Assembly (NCBI GenBank): GCA_002269645.1 | Contig: NIVC01000016.1 | Span: 372,001 to 436,000 of the forward strand | Source of the DNA: Macrostomum lignano | Taxonomy: Eukaryota | Length of the DNA stretch: 64,000 bases | Direction of reading: 5' to 3' | Part shown: piece after piece, positions 11,001 through 22,670 of the stretch | Layout of the letters: the number at the start of each line of letters is the position of its first letter | How positions within the stretch are numbered: the first letter of the stretch is position 1 | The notes under the pieces: generated by a model | Told to the model about the DNA's origin: nothing | Seen by the model: only the letters and a program-made list of their open reading frames with translations | The model's database searches: none | Position numbers and translations under genes: made by a program

Positions 11001-14000
11001 CGGCAGTGCCGTCGCGCCACCGGCCACTTCGTCCGCGGCCTCGTTGCCTTCCAGACCGCAGTGGGCCGGCGTCCAGCAAAGCGCAATCTCTCGTCCGGTC
11101 TGGCAGGTCCTCGAGAGCAGCTGGCGGATCTTTGTCGCGATCGGATTGCGGCCACGGCCCTGCACTGCGAGGAGCCCACTCTTGCTGTCGGATGCGATTA
11201 GCGCTGTTCTCCACGCCGGCTGCTCGCTGAGCCATTCCACCGCTAGCTCTAGGGCGGTGAGCTCGGCTTGCAGCGAGGAGGCCGGCTGCCCGGCTGCCCT
11301 CCGGAGGCTGATCTGATCTCCGACCTGCTCTCCTGTTAGACGCATGCTCCGATAGATGACCGCACCGCTGCCGCCGCCCTCCCTCCGCACCGATCCGTCC
11401 GTGAAGATAGTGATGTCCGGGTCTGGGCTGGCCTGGTTGATCTTCGCTTGGGCCATCTCAAGGTTTCCGGCGCGCGACTCTTTCCTGGCATCGTCGGTGG
11501 AGACGAGGAAGCTGATGTTATCTCTCCAACTCTGCCACGGGGGGAGGTCCGATATGTCCTCGAGCCTGGCCACCTCAGCTAGACCGTTTTTGGCGAGACC
11601 CTTCCTGGCCTGGGCTCTCCAGCCCAGCCTCTTTAGCCTTTGCCGGGTCTGCTGGGTGCCGAGGCGGTATCTTGGCGAGCCGTGCTCGAGCCTGAGCCAT
11701 CGGTCCAGTTTTGCGCTCCATATCACCTCGCTCTGCTCCCGGATCGACATCATCCCGCTTTCGCAGCGTAGGGCCTCGACCGGGGTGGTGGCGACCGCGC
11801 CGGTAATGATGCGCTCCGCGCTGCGCTGCACCACTTCGAGCTTACGCCAGGCCGCGCAAGTGAGCCACGGCATCCAGGCGCAGGCCCCATACAGCATCTT
11901 GCTCCGGATGAGGGCAACGTAGGTGTTGCGGATCAGCTCGGCCTGCCAGCCCCAGGAGCTGCCCGCAAGGTGCCGCATTAGGTTGAGGCGGTTCCGGCAG
12001 CTGTGGATCACATTGTCAGCGTGCGCTGTGAACCTCAGCTGTCTGTCAAACGTGAGCCCGAGGAACTTGGGCTGCTCAACCCATTGAATCGTCTGCCCTT
12101 GAAGCACAACGTTCGTGGCACCGGCCCTCTGTGGGGTCATCGCCGGGTCGCTGGAGAAGAGGGTGAGCGAGCATTTCCCCGTGGCAACCGGTAGCAGCCA
12201 TGCTTTGCTCCAAGCTTCCAGGGTGTCGACCGCCTTCTGCTGGGTGGATAAGGCCTCCGCTACTCTTCTGCTGCTGGTCCAGGTGGCTAGATCGTCCGCA
12301 TAGCCGCTCACCTGCAGGTCCGGGATAGCGTCAAGTTGCCTGAGAAGGTCATCGATGAAGACGATGAAGAGCAGCGGCGAAAGTACGGATCCCTGCGGCA
12401 GCCCTTGCTGGAAAAGTTCCCGCTTGCTGTCCACGTCGCCGACCCGGACGCACGCCAGCCTGTTTGCTAGCCAGCTCTGTATCCATCTGACCGTTTTTGG
12501 GCCAATGCCAGCGTTAAGCAGTTTGAGCAGCAGCCCGTCGCGCCTGCTGCTGCTGCTGCTGCTGCGAAGGCCGACAGCCATGCTGCTACGGCTAGCGATG
12601 CGGCGGCTCTTTAGGCCAGTGGTGATCAGCAGCCCCAGCAGTCAGCTCAGACCATAGCGGCGCCGGCGAAGCGCAAGGAGATCGATGAGATCAAGGAGTA
12701 CCTTCTGGGCAGGTACATTGGTCCCATGGAGGCGGTTAACACCATCTTGGGCTTTGAAGTGCACAGTCGGTATCCGGCTGTCATCAGGCTGGCCGTTCAT
12801 CTGAAGGACGACCAGCGCGTCTGCTTCACGCCCGAGACAGCTCAGGCTGTTGCTGCTCAGCCTAAGCCCACGACGTTGACCGCCTTTTTTGATGTAAGTT
12901 ATTCCTGAAAATTAAGACCTCATATTGGTAAAATTTACTTTAAAATGTATCAACTGTAACTTTTACTTTTCTTATCAAAATCTCAATCTCTCGCAGCTCT
13001 GCCGCCAGGATGCAGTTGCACGAGGCCTGCTGTACCAGGAGGTACCCCCGGACTTCACCTGGGACAGAAGTGCGCACCAGTGGCATCGCGCAGGTCGCGG
13101 CCGAGTCGCTGCTGATCAGCCAGCTGGCGTGCTGACGACTGGCAACATCGGGCGCGTCTACACAGTCAGCCCTCGGATGGGAGACTGTTTCTACCTGCGC
13201 CTGCTGCTGGTGAATGTGCGAGGCCCGACGTCATTCGAGGCGTTGCGCACCGTAGACGGCGTCCTGCTGCCGACTTTCAAGGCCGCCTGCCAGGCTCGCG
13301 GACTCCTGGAGGACGACAGGCACTGGCGGCTGTGCCTGTGCGAAGCCTCGGAGACGCGGCTGCCAGCGGCTCTGCGCCGCCTTTTCGCTGCCATTCTGTC
13401 GCACGGCGACTCCAGCGACCCGGCAAAGCTGTGGCAGGAGTTTTCCGGCGAGTTGGCCGGTGATCTGCTGCACCAAGGCTATAGCCCTGAGGCTGCCGAG
13501 TCGGAGGTTTTGCGAGAGCTGCAGAAACTGCTGGACACCATGGGAGGCGCTGAGCTGCCTGCCTACGGACTGCCTGAGCCTCATGTTCAGCCAGATCAGG
13601 TGAATTTCCTTTAATCTTTATTATCAGAAATCCATATCGAAGGCGCACTTGAACTTGAACGCTGAAAGTTGAATTTATTTTCTCAGAGTCGCCAGCATTC
13701 CAACTGCCTGCCGACACCGCAAGAAGCCGCTGAGCTCCACGCGGAAGTCGAGGCCCAGATCGGCATGCTTACTGAAGAGCAGCGAGTCATTTTTGAGGCC
13801 GTGCAGTCCAATCTGGAGAACGGCGGCGGTGGATTGCATTTTATCGATGCCCCCGGCGGAACAGGAAAGACTTTCTTGCTGACGTTGCTGCTGAACTGCG
13901 TTCGAGCAAGGCGTCAGATCGCTGTTGCCGTGGCGTCGTCTGGAATTGCGGCAACCATTCTTCCCGGGGGAAGGACCGCACATTCCATGTGAGTTGTCTT

Positions 14001-15525
14001 TAAAATCTTTAAAATTCTTTACTAAGAAATTAAAATGTCAAAATAACTGGGATTAATGACATCAAATATTTTTAGAGGATAAGCCATTTTCTGTATTTTT
14101 CATTTAATATCATGCTTACATGTACATGCAGTACTTCTGCAAATTATATTATTGTCGCTGCATATAAATGCTGATTCAACCTGCCCAGGTTCAAGATCCC
14201 CGTCAGCGCGGTGCGTCTCGACAATGCCTTCTGTTCCATTGGCCGACGGAGCAAGCTGGCTGAGATGCTGCGGGACACGCGGCTCATTGTTTGGGACGAA
14301 GCGCCGATGACGCATCGCAAGGACCTGGAGATGGTCGAGCGGTCTCTGCGGGATCTGCTGCGCAACGAACGGCCGTTCGGAGGAGCGCTGCTGGTGCTGG
14401 CTGCGACTTTCGCCAGCTGTTGGCTGTGGTACCCGGAGGAACGCATGCCAACACCATCGAGGCCTGTTTGACTCGGTCGGAGTTGTGGCCGCACTTCCGA
14501 AGGCACCAGCTGACAAAAAATCTGCGGTTGGAGAGCGGTTCTGCTTTCCAGGGCTACGCAGATTTTCTCATGCAGGTGATTAATCTCTTTTCATGCTCTT
14601 TTTTGTTGCGCCGTGTCAATACATATCACCTTTATCAAATCAAAATATTAAAACTAAAAATTAAATATGGTATTTACATAAACCCATAGGAACCCATAGG
14701 ATCAGTAAAAATATTACATTATAATGCACCTTCGCATATCACGCTATCCGCTAGGTTGGCAACGGAGAGCTGCCAGAGGACGAAGAGGGCATGGTTTCCT
14801 TGCCTAGCGAGATTCTCATGCCTGATGACACAACTACTGAGCAGCTCATCCAGCACGTCTACCAGTCGTTTGAGCCGAGTCCCGACCGTGACCAGATGTT
14901 CGCGGAGCGGAGCATTTTGTCACCGCTCAACAAGACGGTAGACGAAGCCAACGCCGCCTGCTTGGCGCTCTTCCCCGGCGAGAGTCGGGTCTACCTGTCG
15001 GTCGACTCGATTCCGAATGACGACACGGCAGCGACCAACTTCCCGCCGGAGCTGCTGAACCGGCTGGACCCCAACGGCCTGCCACATCACCGGCTAGAGC
15101 TGAAGGTCGGCATGCCGGTCATGATGACGAGAAACTTGGACCCTCCGCTGCTGTGCAACGGGACCCGGCTGCTGCTGCGCGAACTCCGGGACAACGTCCT
15201 GCTCGCGGAAGTCGCCACGGGCGTCTACCGCGGGCGGCAGGTTTTCATCCCGCGGATCCCACAGGAGCCGAGTCCAACCGAGCTGCCGTTCACCTTCCGC
15301 CGCCTGCAGTTCCCGATCCGGCTGTGCTTCGCCATGACCATCCACCGTAGCCAAGGCCAGACGCTGAGCACCTACGCCGTCGACCTGGCGACGGCCTGCT
15401 TTCAGCATGGCCAGCTCTACGTGGCTCTGAGTCGTGCGCGGAGTGCCGATGGCGTTCAAGTTCGGGCTCCAGGCGGACGGACGAGAAACATTGTTCTGCG
15501 CCAGCTTATTGACAAGCAGAACTGA
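8021..15525 (+). pseudogene. Spliced Helitron Rep/PIF1 helicase (RepHel) gene, inactivated. Exons 8021-8138, 8414-8987, 9180-9839, 10000-12893 (split by LINE 10529-12543), 12997-13599, 13687-13988, 14189-14575, 14755-15525
   Basis: N-terminal CPHC...CC zinc motif (LGRMDRQCPHCSALRWKDEPASICC). Conserved Rep motifs HRSYDPLEY, DLFLTMTCNPKW, HUH motif EYQKR|GLPHVH across a splice junction, and KYVVKYITKG. PIF1 motifs DAPGGTGKT, GRTAHS|MFKIP, IVWDEAPM, QFPIRLCFAMTIHRSQGQTL, HGQLYVALSR. All 7 introns are GT-AG, AT-rich and preserve frame. Lesions: LINE insertion, TAG at 12612-12614, 1-bp loss at ~14403 in the GDFRQ motif. Start exon not located. Confidence 0.93.
10529..12543 (-). mobile_element. 5'-truncated non-LTR retrotransposon (RT + RNase H + C-terminal Cys/His finger; I-group/Ingi/Nimb-like)
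   Basis: ORF 10569-12581 has GLPQGSVLSPLLF, YADD, RNase H TDGS..E..SDS..WTPAHCGLEGNEAADEVA and CPACG..ETVEHVSSQC. It has a (CAA)n 3' tail and a 22-bp (CTG)n TSD at 10507-10528 and 12544-12565. Removing it restores the RepHel frame. Confidence 0.93.
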
Positions 15526-15603
15526 TAAGGCAGAGCGACTGAATTAAATCAGGACTGTACTAATAGGTATAGTAAAATTCTAGGCAAGATGACAGACATT
15601 TAG

Positions 15604-15828
15604 TATGACAGATTATGAGAGCAATGAAATATGAGTGATAAATAATGAGAGTGACGAATTATGAGAGTGATAAACTATGAGTGATAAGCTATGAGAGTGA
15701 TAAATTATGAGTGATAAATTATCAGAGTGATAAATTATGAGTGATAAGCCATGAGAGCGACAAATTATGAGAGTGATAAGCTATGAGAGTGATAAGTTAT
15801 GAGAGTAAAAAATTATGAGAGTGATAAA
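15604..15828. repeat. 14/16-bp minisatellite (gagagtgataaattat) just downstream of the RepHel stop
   Basis: About 15 alternating 14- and 16-bp units. Confidence 0.85.
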
Positions 15829-16145
15829 TGTGTAACATAAATAATAGAGTAGTCTCGGAACTGTTCGACTGACATAATTGCGCTGATTGAATTACAGATA
15901 TTATATTTTAGTATAAGGAGAGCTTCTAAGAAGGCTCAGGCTCTTAATTAGCAATTAAGATACAGTTGCCATGCCCATAAGCTATTTACTTTTCATATTG
16001 TTTTTAACGCACAAAGTTCCATTCGAAGTTATTTATGTTAAGCACTTTATTTTTTACCCATACTATATTAACCCAATTTAAATGTTCAATTTATCCCTAC
16101 AATGTAATTGCATTGCTTCAAACAAATGTATGCCATACTGTACTC

Positions 16146-16767
16146 GGGATGCGCAGGATTCAGAATACAAACGAGCCGGTCGATTCATAGGCTATTAGTA
16201 ACAAGCATAAGTAATGGAAGACATAAAATGCACATGAATTCCAAATTAACATTTACTTAGCTAAAGAGCTGTCCTTGCACTATCCCTTTAATTTGGTCGT
16301 TTTCTGCGCACCCCCAATGATGTCTTCTTAAATTAAATTACTTGAATTAAAAGAAATCTAAGTTTTGTTACTCAGACTTACAACTATTTGCTTGGAAAAA
16401 GCTGTCCTTTATTTAGGAAGAGTTAATGGAAAGCCCCGGTATTTAAAAAATCCACAACCTACTTTGACATTTACAGGAAGACTTTTTTCTCTTCCATTTT
16501 GTTCCGTAATTATTATAACTGTTCCTGTTTCCCTGCTGTGCACTGTGTAATCTAATGTAGTTTTCCTATAATTTATAAATAAAACACTTCATGTTACTCA
16601 GGGTGCGCAGGATTCCAACTGATTGAGGGGGAATAATACAGCTATGACTAGGTCATCCCTTTGTCAGTAAAAGTTTTAATAGTACACAGCATTCTAGATT
16701 AGCTATGCAAGTTTGTCTGGAATTTTCGACATCGGCGTCTCACTTTTAGAGAGTATCCTGCGCACCC
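16146..16767. repeat. Two ~167-bp segments each bounded by inverted repeats gggtgcgcagga...tcctgcgcaccc (16146-16313 and 16601-16767); MITE-like
   Basis: Both are preceded by tactc and followed by (c/g)ccaatga. The interiors show little similarity. Confidence 0.4.
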
Positions 16768-17076
16768 GCCAATGAAGTCTTTGTCTTTATTTCTTTTTAT
16801 AGTAAGTTCTTGAGTTTCTAGGTTTTAAAAATTCAACTAATGAACTGCTGTATGCCCGCAGGCGTGGTCAAATATACGCCATTGTGCATTGATTTTAGCA
16901 GACAAGAAAAGTAGGAACTTGCAGTTATTAATATTTCTTCGATTTATGCATCCATTCATTCCAGAGTTCCATTTTTCCGAATAATATGGCTCATCAAACA
17001 CAATCCGACAGCAACCTAGAAAAGTTTGAGAAGCAGAAGAGAGCCATGGAGCAGCACTTGAATACATTTTTTTAAA

Positions 17077-17391
17077 TTGACGTCGGAAATGATACGGGAG
17101 GAGCACGAGACGTCACTGCATGAAGCAAAGAGCAAGGCATCACTCGCTGAAGTCGTAGCAGAGCAACAGCAAGAACTGGACGACTACAAGAAACGACTGG
17201 CCGACACAGAGGCCAAGCTAGAGCTCAAGAAGAAGGAATGTGACCAACTGGAAGCCCTGGTGCAGGAGCAGGAGAAAATGTTGTTTGTCAACGTCGAGAA
17301 CGACTTGAAGCCACCTGCTAAGCGACCTCGCAGCCAGGAAGAAGAAGAGAAGAAAGAAGAAGTAGACGAGGACGAGGATCGTCGCGAGTAG
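17077..17391 (+). CDS. Possible coding exon: coiled-coil with basic KPPAKRPR motif and acidic tail
   Basis: GC-rich 104-aa ORF in AT-rich DNA with heptad-like EQQQELDDYKKRLADTEAKLELKKKE. No recognisable family. Confidence 0.35.
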   Translation: MTSEMIREEHETSLHEAKSKASLAEVVAEQQQELDDYKKRLADTEAKLELKKKECDQLEALVQEQEKMLFVNVENDLKPPAKRPRSQEEEEKKEEVDEDEDRRE

Positions 17392-19449
17392 CACATGACT
17401 GTGGTGTCGGTGGCCCAATGAAGAGTGAGTGAAAGACTATCTGATATATACGTAACACGTAATATATTTCATTTTAATATCTACTGTATACGAGCATCTG
17501 TATTAAATAAGAATTTCATAGGTTTTCAAAATTAAAACATTTAAATCGATAAATGCTTAAAAATAAAGATAACTAATTTCAGTAACTCATAAACTTTGTA
17601 ACTGTAACACTTAAAATTATTGTCTTCTTGCAGTAGGGCTTGCAGGAAATCGCACCTCCCTTTTTGTTCTTCCTAGCTTGGCTACAGTGTTGGTCAGTCG
17701 CTTTTTGTATCCCCAGTGCTGCAGACTCCAGACTCCAGACGCCTTGATCTATGCTTTATTCAGTGACGCTGTGCTTTATTCAGTGAAATGATCCAAGATC
17801 ATTTCCGATGGCATTTTTATTGTAGCGTACTCCGATTCATGGCTCTCAATGTTTTTTAACTTTGATAGGTTGCTCTCGGATTGTGTCGTCTAATAAAATA
17901 AAGCCTAAAGTGCTAAATAATTATGTTTGCTTTATTGGAATTATTTCAATTGCATTGCACTTACAGTGGCACAAATTGCAGCTATTGAAAGGGCAGGTGA
18001 ACTGGCACATTTTGTTTGGGGCAGCTGGTCTATGTATCTGCTTATATAAAATCAATACATTCGTTTAAATAAATCTAACAGTTTGAAAGAGGGGATTTTA
18101 ATAGATGTCAATTTCAGGACGAAGACTTGAATGGATTTCAGTTTCACAGAGAGGTCATGAGATTCAGCTGATGGATTTCAGGGAATGGAATTCCGGTGAT
18201 GGGAGCTCTTCCCCTTTCTCATCCGAAGGAGGAGTTCCACTCGTAAATACTAAATCTATAACTAACTAACCAAAAATTAGAATGGCTGATAATAAATATT
18301 CAGTAAAATTTTCTACATTTTTAAAGCAGAAGCAACTTTTTTAAAATGCTTTAGCTACAGTCACAAATTAGGGCGCACTCGAACAAAGAACAAGAACAAC
18401 TCTGCACTGTAATTACAAAAGCAAATTTATAAACCCAATCAACTGCAAGTAGTCCTTTTATTTATTCTGTATATTTACAATTTCAGTCATAAATTATTTA
18501 CTCTGTATATTCACAATTGCAAAGTCATAAAAGGATAAGAATTAAGATGTTTTTGCAGAAGGCTTCGCCAACAAGATGGTACCATTGCACAAATTCTGTT
18601 ACGAAATTTTCATTGGTGTCAATCTTACCACTTGTTGGCTTGCTTTAGTCTGCACAGCTGGACAGAGGCATTCACTTGGGGCATGTAAACTTCAGGGATT
18701 ACTAATGAGCATGTAAGAACAGTTTGCAACCCTCCTCTTTTTGCAAACGGGCTTGGGACCGGCTTCGGCAGAGTTAAAGCTATCACAACAGACTATCTGG
18801 GGTTTGCAAAGGCTGCTTCAAACCCCCTCTGGCTGCATTTGCATGTACGAGGGCCATTCCAAAAGTTCATGCAATCAGACATTTTCTCCCACTACAAAAA
18901 ACTGCTAATTTCAGCTTCTATCACCGCACTACCAGACTCTCTGGCCGAACCCTTCAGCAGAATATGGACGGGACTCTTAGTGAACTATGAATACTGTCTC
19001 TGGCTCAACCCCTCAATCAGAATAATAATCAGAATTTTCCTATCGCTTGGGACAGGACTCTTATTGAGCTTTTACCATCGAATTATTACGTCTATCTCCT
19101 GCTCAACCCCTCAATCAGAACATTAATTGATTGAATTTCCATATCGCCTGGAAATGAGTCCAATAATTTCACAAATTAGTAGAGTTCAAACTCTAATCGA
19201 CGGGGATACTGATACAAAATCTGTTCCTTAATCTGCACAAATTCACCGGTAATTACCAAGAACTTCTGGATTGGCCTACGTATTAGAGTGGAAGAAATCT
19301 ACCAGGGACATACAAAAGCAGCGAAATGTCCATTTCAACCAACTCTCTGTCAGGCCCAGCACGTCTGCAGCCAGCCTGCTATCAACATTGGCAATGGCAA
19401 AAATACACCCTGCGATAATGGAACACTTCATCCTTAATGTTCTAATGAA

Positions 19450-19925
19450 AATAGCTAAAATTCTCAGAACTCCCATTAGCTGAAACTCTCAGAATTCCCA
19501 TTAGCTGACATTCTCAGACATCCCAATAGCTGAAATTCTCAGAAATCTCATTAGCTGAAATTTTCATAAACCATATTAGCTGAAATTCTCAGAACTCCCA
19601 TTAGCTGAAATTCTCAGAAATCCCATTAGCTGACATTCTCAGAACTCCCATTAGCTGAAATTCTCATAACTCCCATTAGCTGAAATTCTCATAACTCCCA
19701 TTAGCTGAAATTCTCAGAAATCCCATTAGCTGAAAGTCTCAGAACTCCCATTAGCTGACATTTTCAGACATCCCATTAGCTGACATTCTCATAACTCCCA
19801 TTAGCTGACATTTTCAGACATCCCATTAGCTGAAATTCTCAGAAATCTCATTAGCTGAAATTCTCAGAAATCCTATTAGCCAAAGGCTCAGAACTCCACT
19901 TAGCTGAAATTCTCAGAAATCTTAT
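19450..19925. repeat. 25-bp minisatellite (cccattagctgaaattctcagaact)
   Basis: About 19 tandem copies with period 25 (e.g. 19471 and 19496). Confidence 0.92.
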
Positions 19926-20199
19926 TGGGGTACCAAAACTACAATAAAGTTTTACCTATATATCTTAAATAGCCCATATCCTAAGTTTTAGTCTCCAAAT
20001 TGGACTTACGCACCCAATCTAAAGGTACTTCATATTCATGCCAATGCCAATGCAGCAGGAATTTTAGCATGTAGGGCCAATGTAGCGATTCTTTTTCCAT
20101 GCTAAAATTTACTTGTGATGGCTTTTCAACACATGTGCTTCAATAACTCACTGACTTCTTGAACTGCCAGAGAAATCTTCGCATGACATTCTACTTCTT

Positions 20200-21694
20200 T
20201 CATCCGCCTGCGTACTCCAGTCGATTCGTGTTGACTCGAGTTTGGCTCTCACCAGACGGCACCAGTCTGTATAGCTTCTGTAGAAAGGTAAAATTAATGA
20301 ACAAAAATTTACAAGTTTGCTTAAAACAAAATTTTATACATTCTTGACTGAGTAATATACAATACTGTAGTAAATTAGAGTGCATAGATCTGTACTACAG
20401 AAATATACTAAACATTAAATAAGTTACATGTACACTGAACACGCGCATCTTTATTCCTTCTCCAAAGTCCAAGACAATTTCGTCTACATCCCGGAAGGAT
20501 TCGTGCGAAGCCGGTAGTTGCATAACAACTCGCCTGTTGTTTCCCCTTTGGTCAGAAGAGCCGCCAACCGCGCCTGATGGACACGGAGCACCCAGAGGTT
20601 GAAACTCGGTATCGCTCTGCTTAGCATTCGTGTACCAGTCAGTCAAAGTCGTAACCTCGGTGTCGTCCGAGTTGCGCCGAACTTCCGAGCAAGTACAACC
20701 AAGTACAACAGCGCCGGCGTACTCCTGTACTTTTGCTCGTCGTATCGACAAAATGTCGCCGACACTCCAATTGACAGCTTGATCGGAGGACGACCCCCAA
20801 AACGTGCAGGAGACAGAACGACAGGACTGGTCAACAATAATCACTTTGGCTACGTTTATCCGCTTCCCAGCCTTCGTCATGACTTCCTCGGGCGGCTGCA
20901 GTGTAACGATTGCTCCAAGGACATCGAAATTTCTAATATACGGCAATGAAGAGGGGACAGTTTTAAAAGTCTTTTAAAACCTCAAAACGCTTTTTGAAGT
21001 TCATTTGAATCCTACCTACATCAATAGACGAATGAATATAATGGACTGCTAGTCTACCCAACATCAAGGGATGAAGGCATAGAATGGATTGCTATTATTT
21101 TACAAAATAATTTATAAAAGCCGAACATACACTACAGTGCTACATAATTGCCTATACAATTCACATGTTCTATACTAATATGTCTATTGTACATATAATA
21201 ATATTGTATACTGTCTGTCCATACAATACATACAAGTACGTCGTAGATAGATACAATGCAACTCACTCTTGCAGGCGTACGTTTTGAAGGTCGCTTATTC
21301 CCGTATAGTTACACGCCCGTTCACTAACAGTCGGAACTTCATTGCTTCGATATATTGATCCCTTGGAGTCAACTGAAAGAGACACCTCCAAAGGATTATT
21401 CGTGCTGTTGTATCTCGGATCCGAAGTCTTTACCATACCGCCGGCTATGCGAACAGCATCGGAAGTATTGCAAACTTCCCAAATAGACCGCAGGTCCTTG
21501 CCGAAAACGCTGACTCTCATCTCAGCCGAGTCCTCCACCAAGACGAATGAAAAAACTTCGCCTCGAACATCGTTCTTCATGTAGGACCTGATCTCCATCA
21601 ACTCGGTTACAAGGCCAGTAACCGCTGTATTCATGTAGCCCAGTTTCAGGCCAGAGATTTTAGCCTTAATCTTCTTGGTGATTGTAGACGCCAT
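20200..21694 (-). CDS. RPA70-like ssDNA-binding protein with two OB folds; exons 21694-21267, 20932-20428, 20277-20200 (~335 aa)
   Basis: Exon 1 GEVFSFVLVEDSAEMRVSVF..VKTSDPRYNSTNNPLEVSL resembles RPA70 DBD-A. Exon 2 FDVLGAIV..VAKVIIVDQSCRSVSCTFWG..ILSIRRAKVQEYAG resembles DBD-B. GT-AG junctions keep frame and no stops were found. The last exon is less certain. Confidence 0.72.
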
Positions 21695-22670
21695 TGTTGC
21701 TAAGTTGTTCAGTTTAACAGCTTTAACAAAGTAGAAACAAAACTTAGAAAATAGAAAGAGCTTCTGGAAATGTTGCAGTGCAAAATACTTCAGTAGAAAT
21801 AGCAGGTTAAAATCACAATTTGCAATACATTTTGATTTAAATAGTCAAGCCCACACCCCAATCACCAGCAGTCAACCCCACACGACTAAACAGCCAATCA
21901 GAATACAGATACCCCTCCCTCCCTGTGCAATCTCTTCGTTTCCAGACTAAATCGGCTGGGGTGGGTGGGGTCTAGATCTGACAATGGCGTGATCTCACGA
22001 GGCTGATTGAACTGCCAGGGCCAACTCCTTCTCTGTGGGGGTTATCTGGGATTATCGTTTTTCACACTCAAACGATGTGTCATTTAGTTAGTCAATTTAG
22101 TCAGAATTATTTGTGTTTACTTTATTTTCCCTCCCTCTATCCAGTTCAGTCTTATTATTCTTCTCTCTCTATGTACCCGCCGTCTGATTGGCTCTATAAT
22201 CTCGCCTATCTTCTCAGTCGCACACTCTACACTCTACCACCCCTCCTAATTCTTACTTGCAATCAACCCCAACCCCGGAGTTTACAACTAAGTCTTTGGC
22301 ATGACTAAGAGAGTCGCGACAATGAAAAACTGCCGAGTATTGCTACTTACCAGCTCAAGCTGGTTTTGACCCAACCTCTCCTGGCCCAGCTTGGCTTAAT
22401 CCACCCACCCAACACAGTGATCTCGCCCCTTCTCCCTGCCAGCGTGAGCTTTACCCCTCACCCCGCAATCCCCCGCATGGCTTAGCCCCAACCAATCCAG
22501 CCACTGCTGTCACTCTCTTGAGCTTAGCTCCACTTGTCTGCCCCACCCCTGCGTGGCCAACCCACCAACACACCCCAAAACGTTTTGCTATAAATATATT
22601 CTCACTTTTTGCCCATTTTCTATTCGCTACTGAATTTCCTACTATTGCTACTACTATTCTGAAAGTTGAA

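Noticed and set aside
10493-11201. C-terminal extension of ORF 10011-11201 as real RepHel sequence
   Set aside because: After the poly-Ala it reads through the antisense strand of the inserted LINE. The true frame resumes at 12566.
10793-12657. Many overlapping short ORFs on both strands
   Set aside because: They are shadow frames of GC-rich LINE and RepHel coding sequence.
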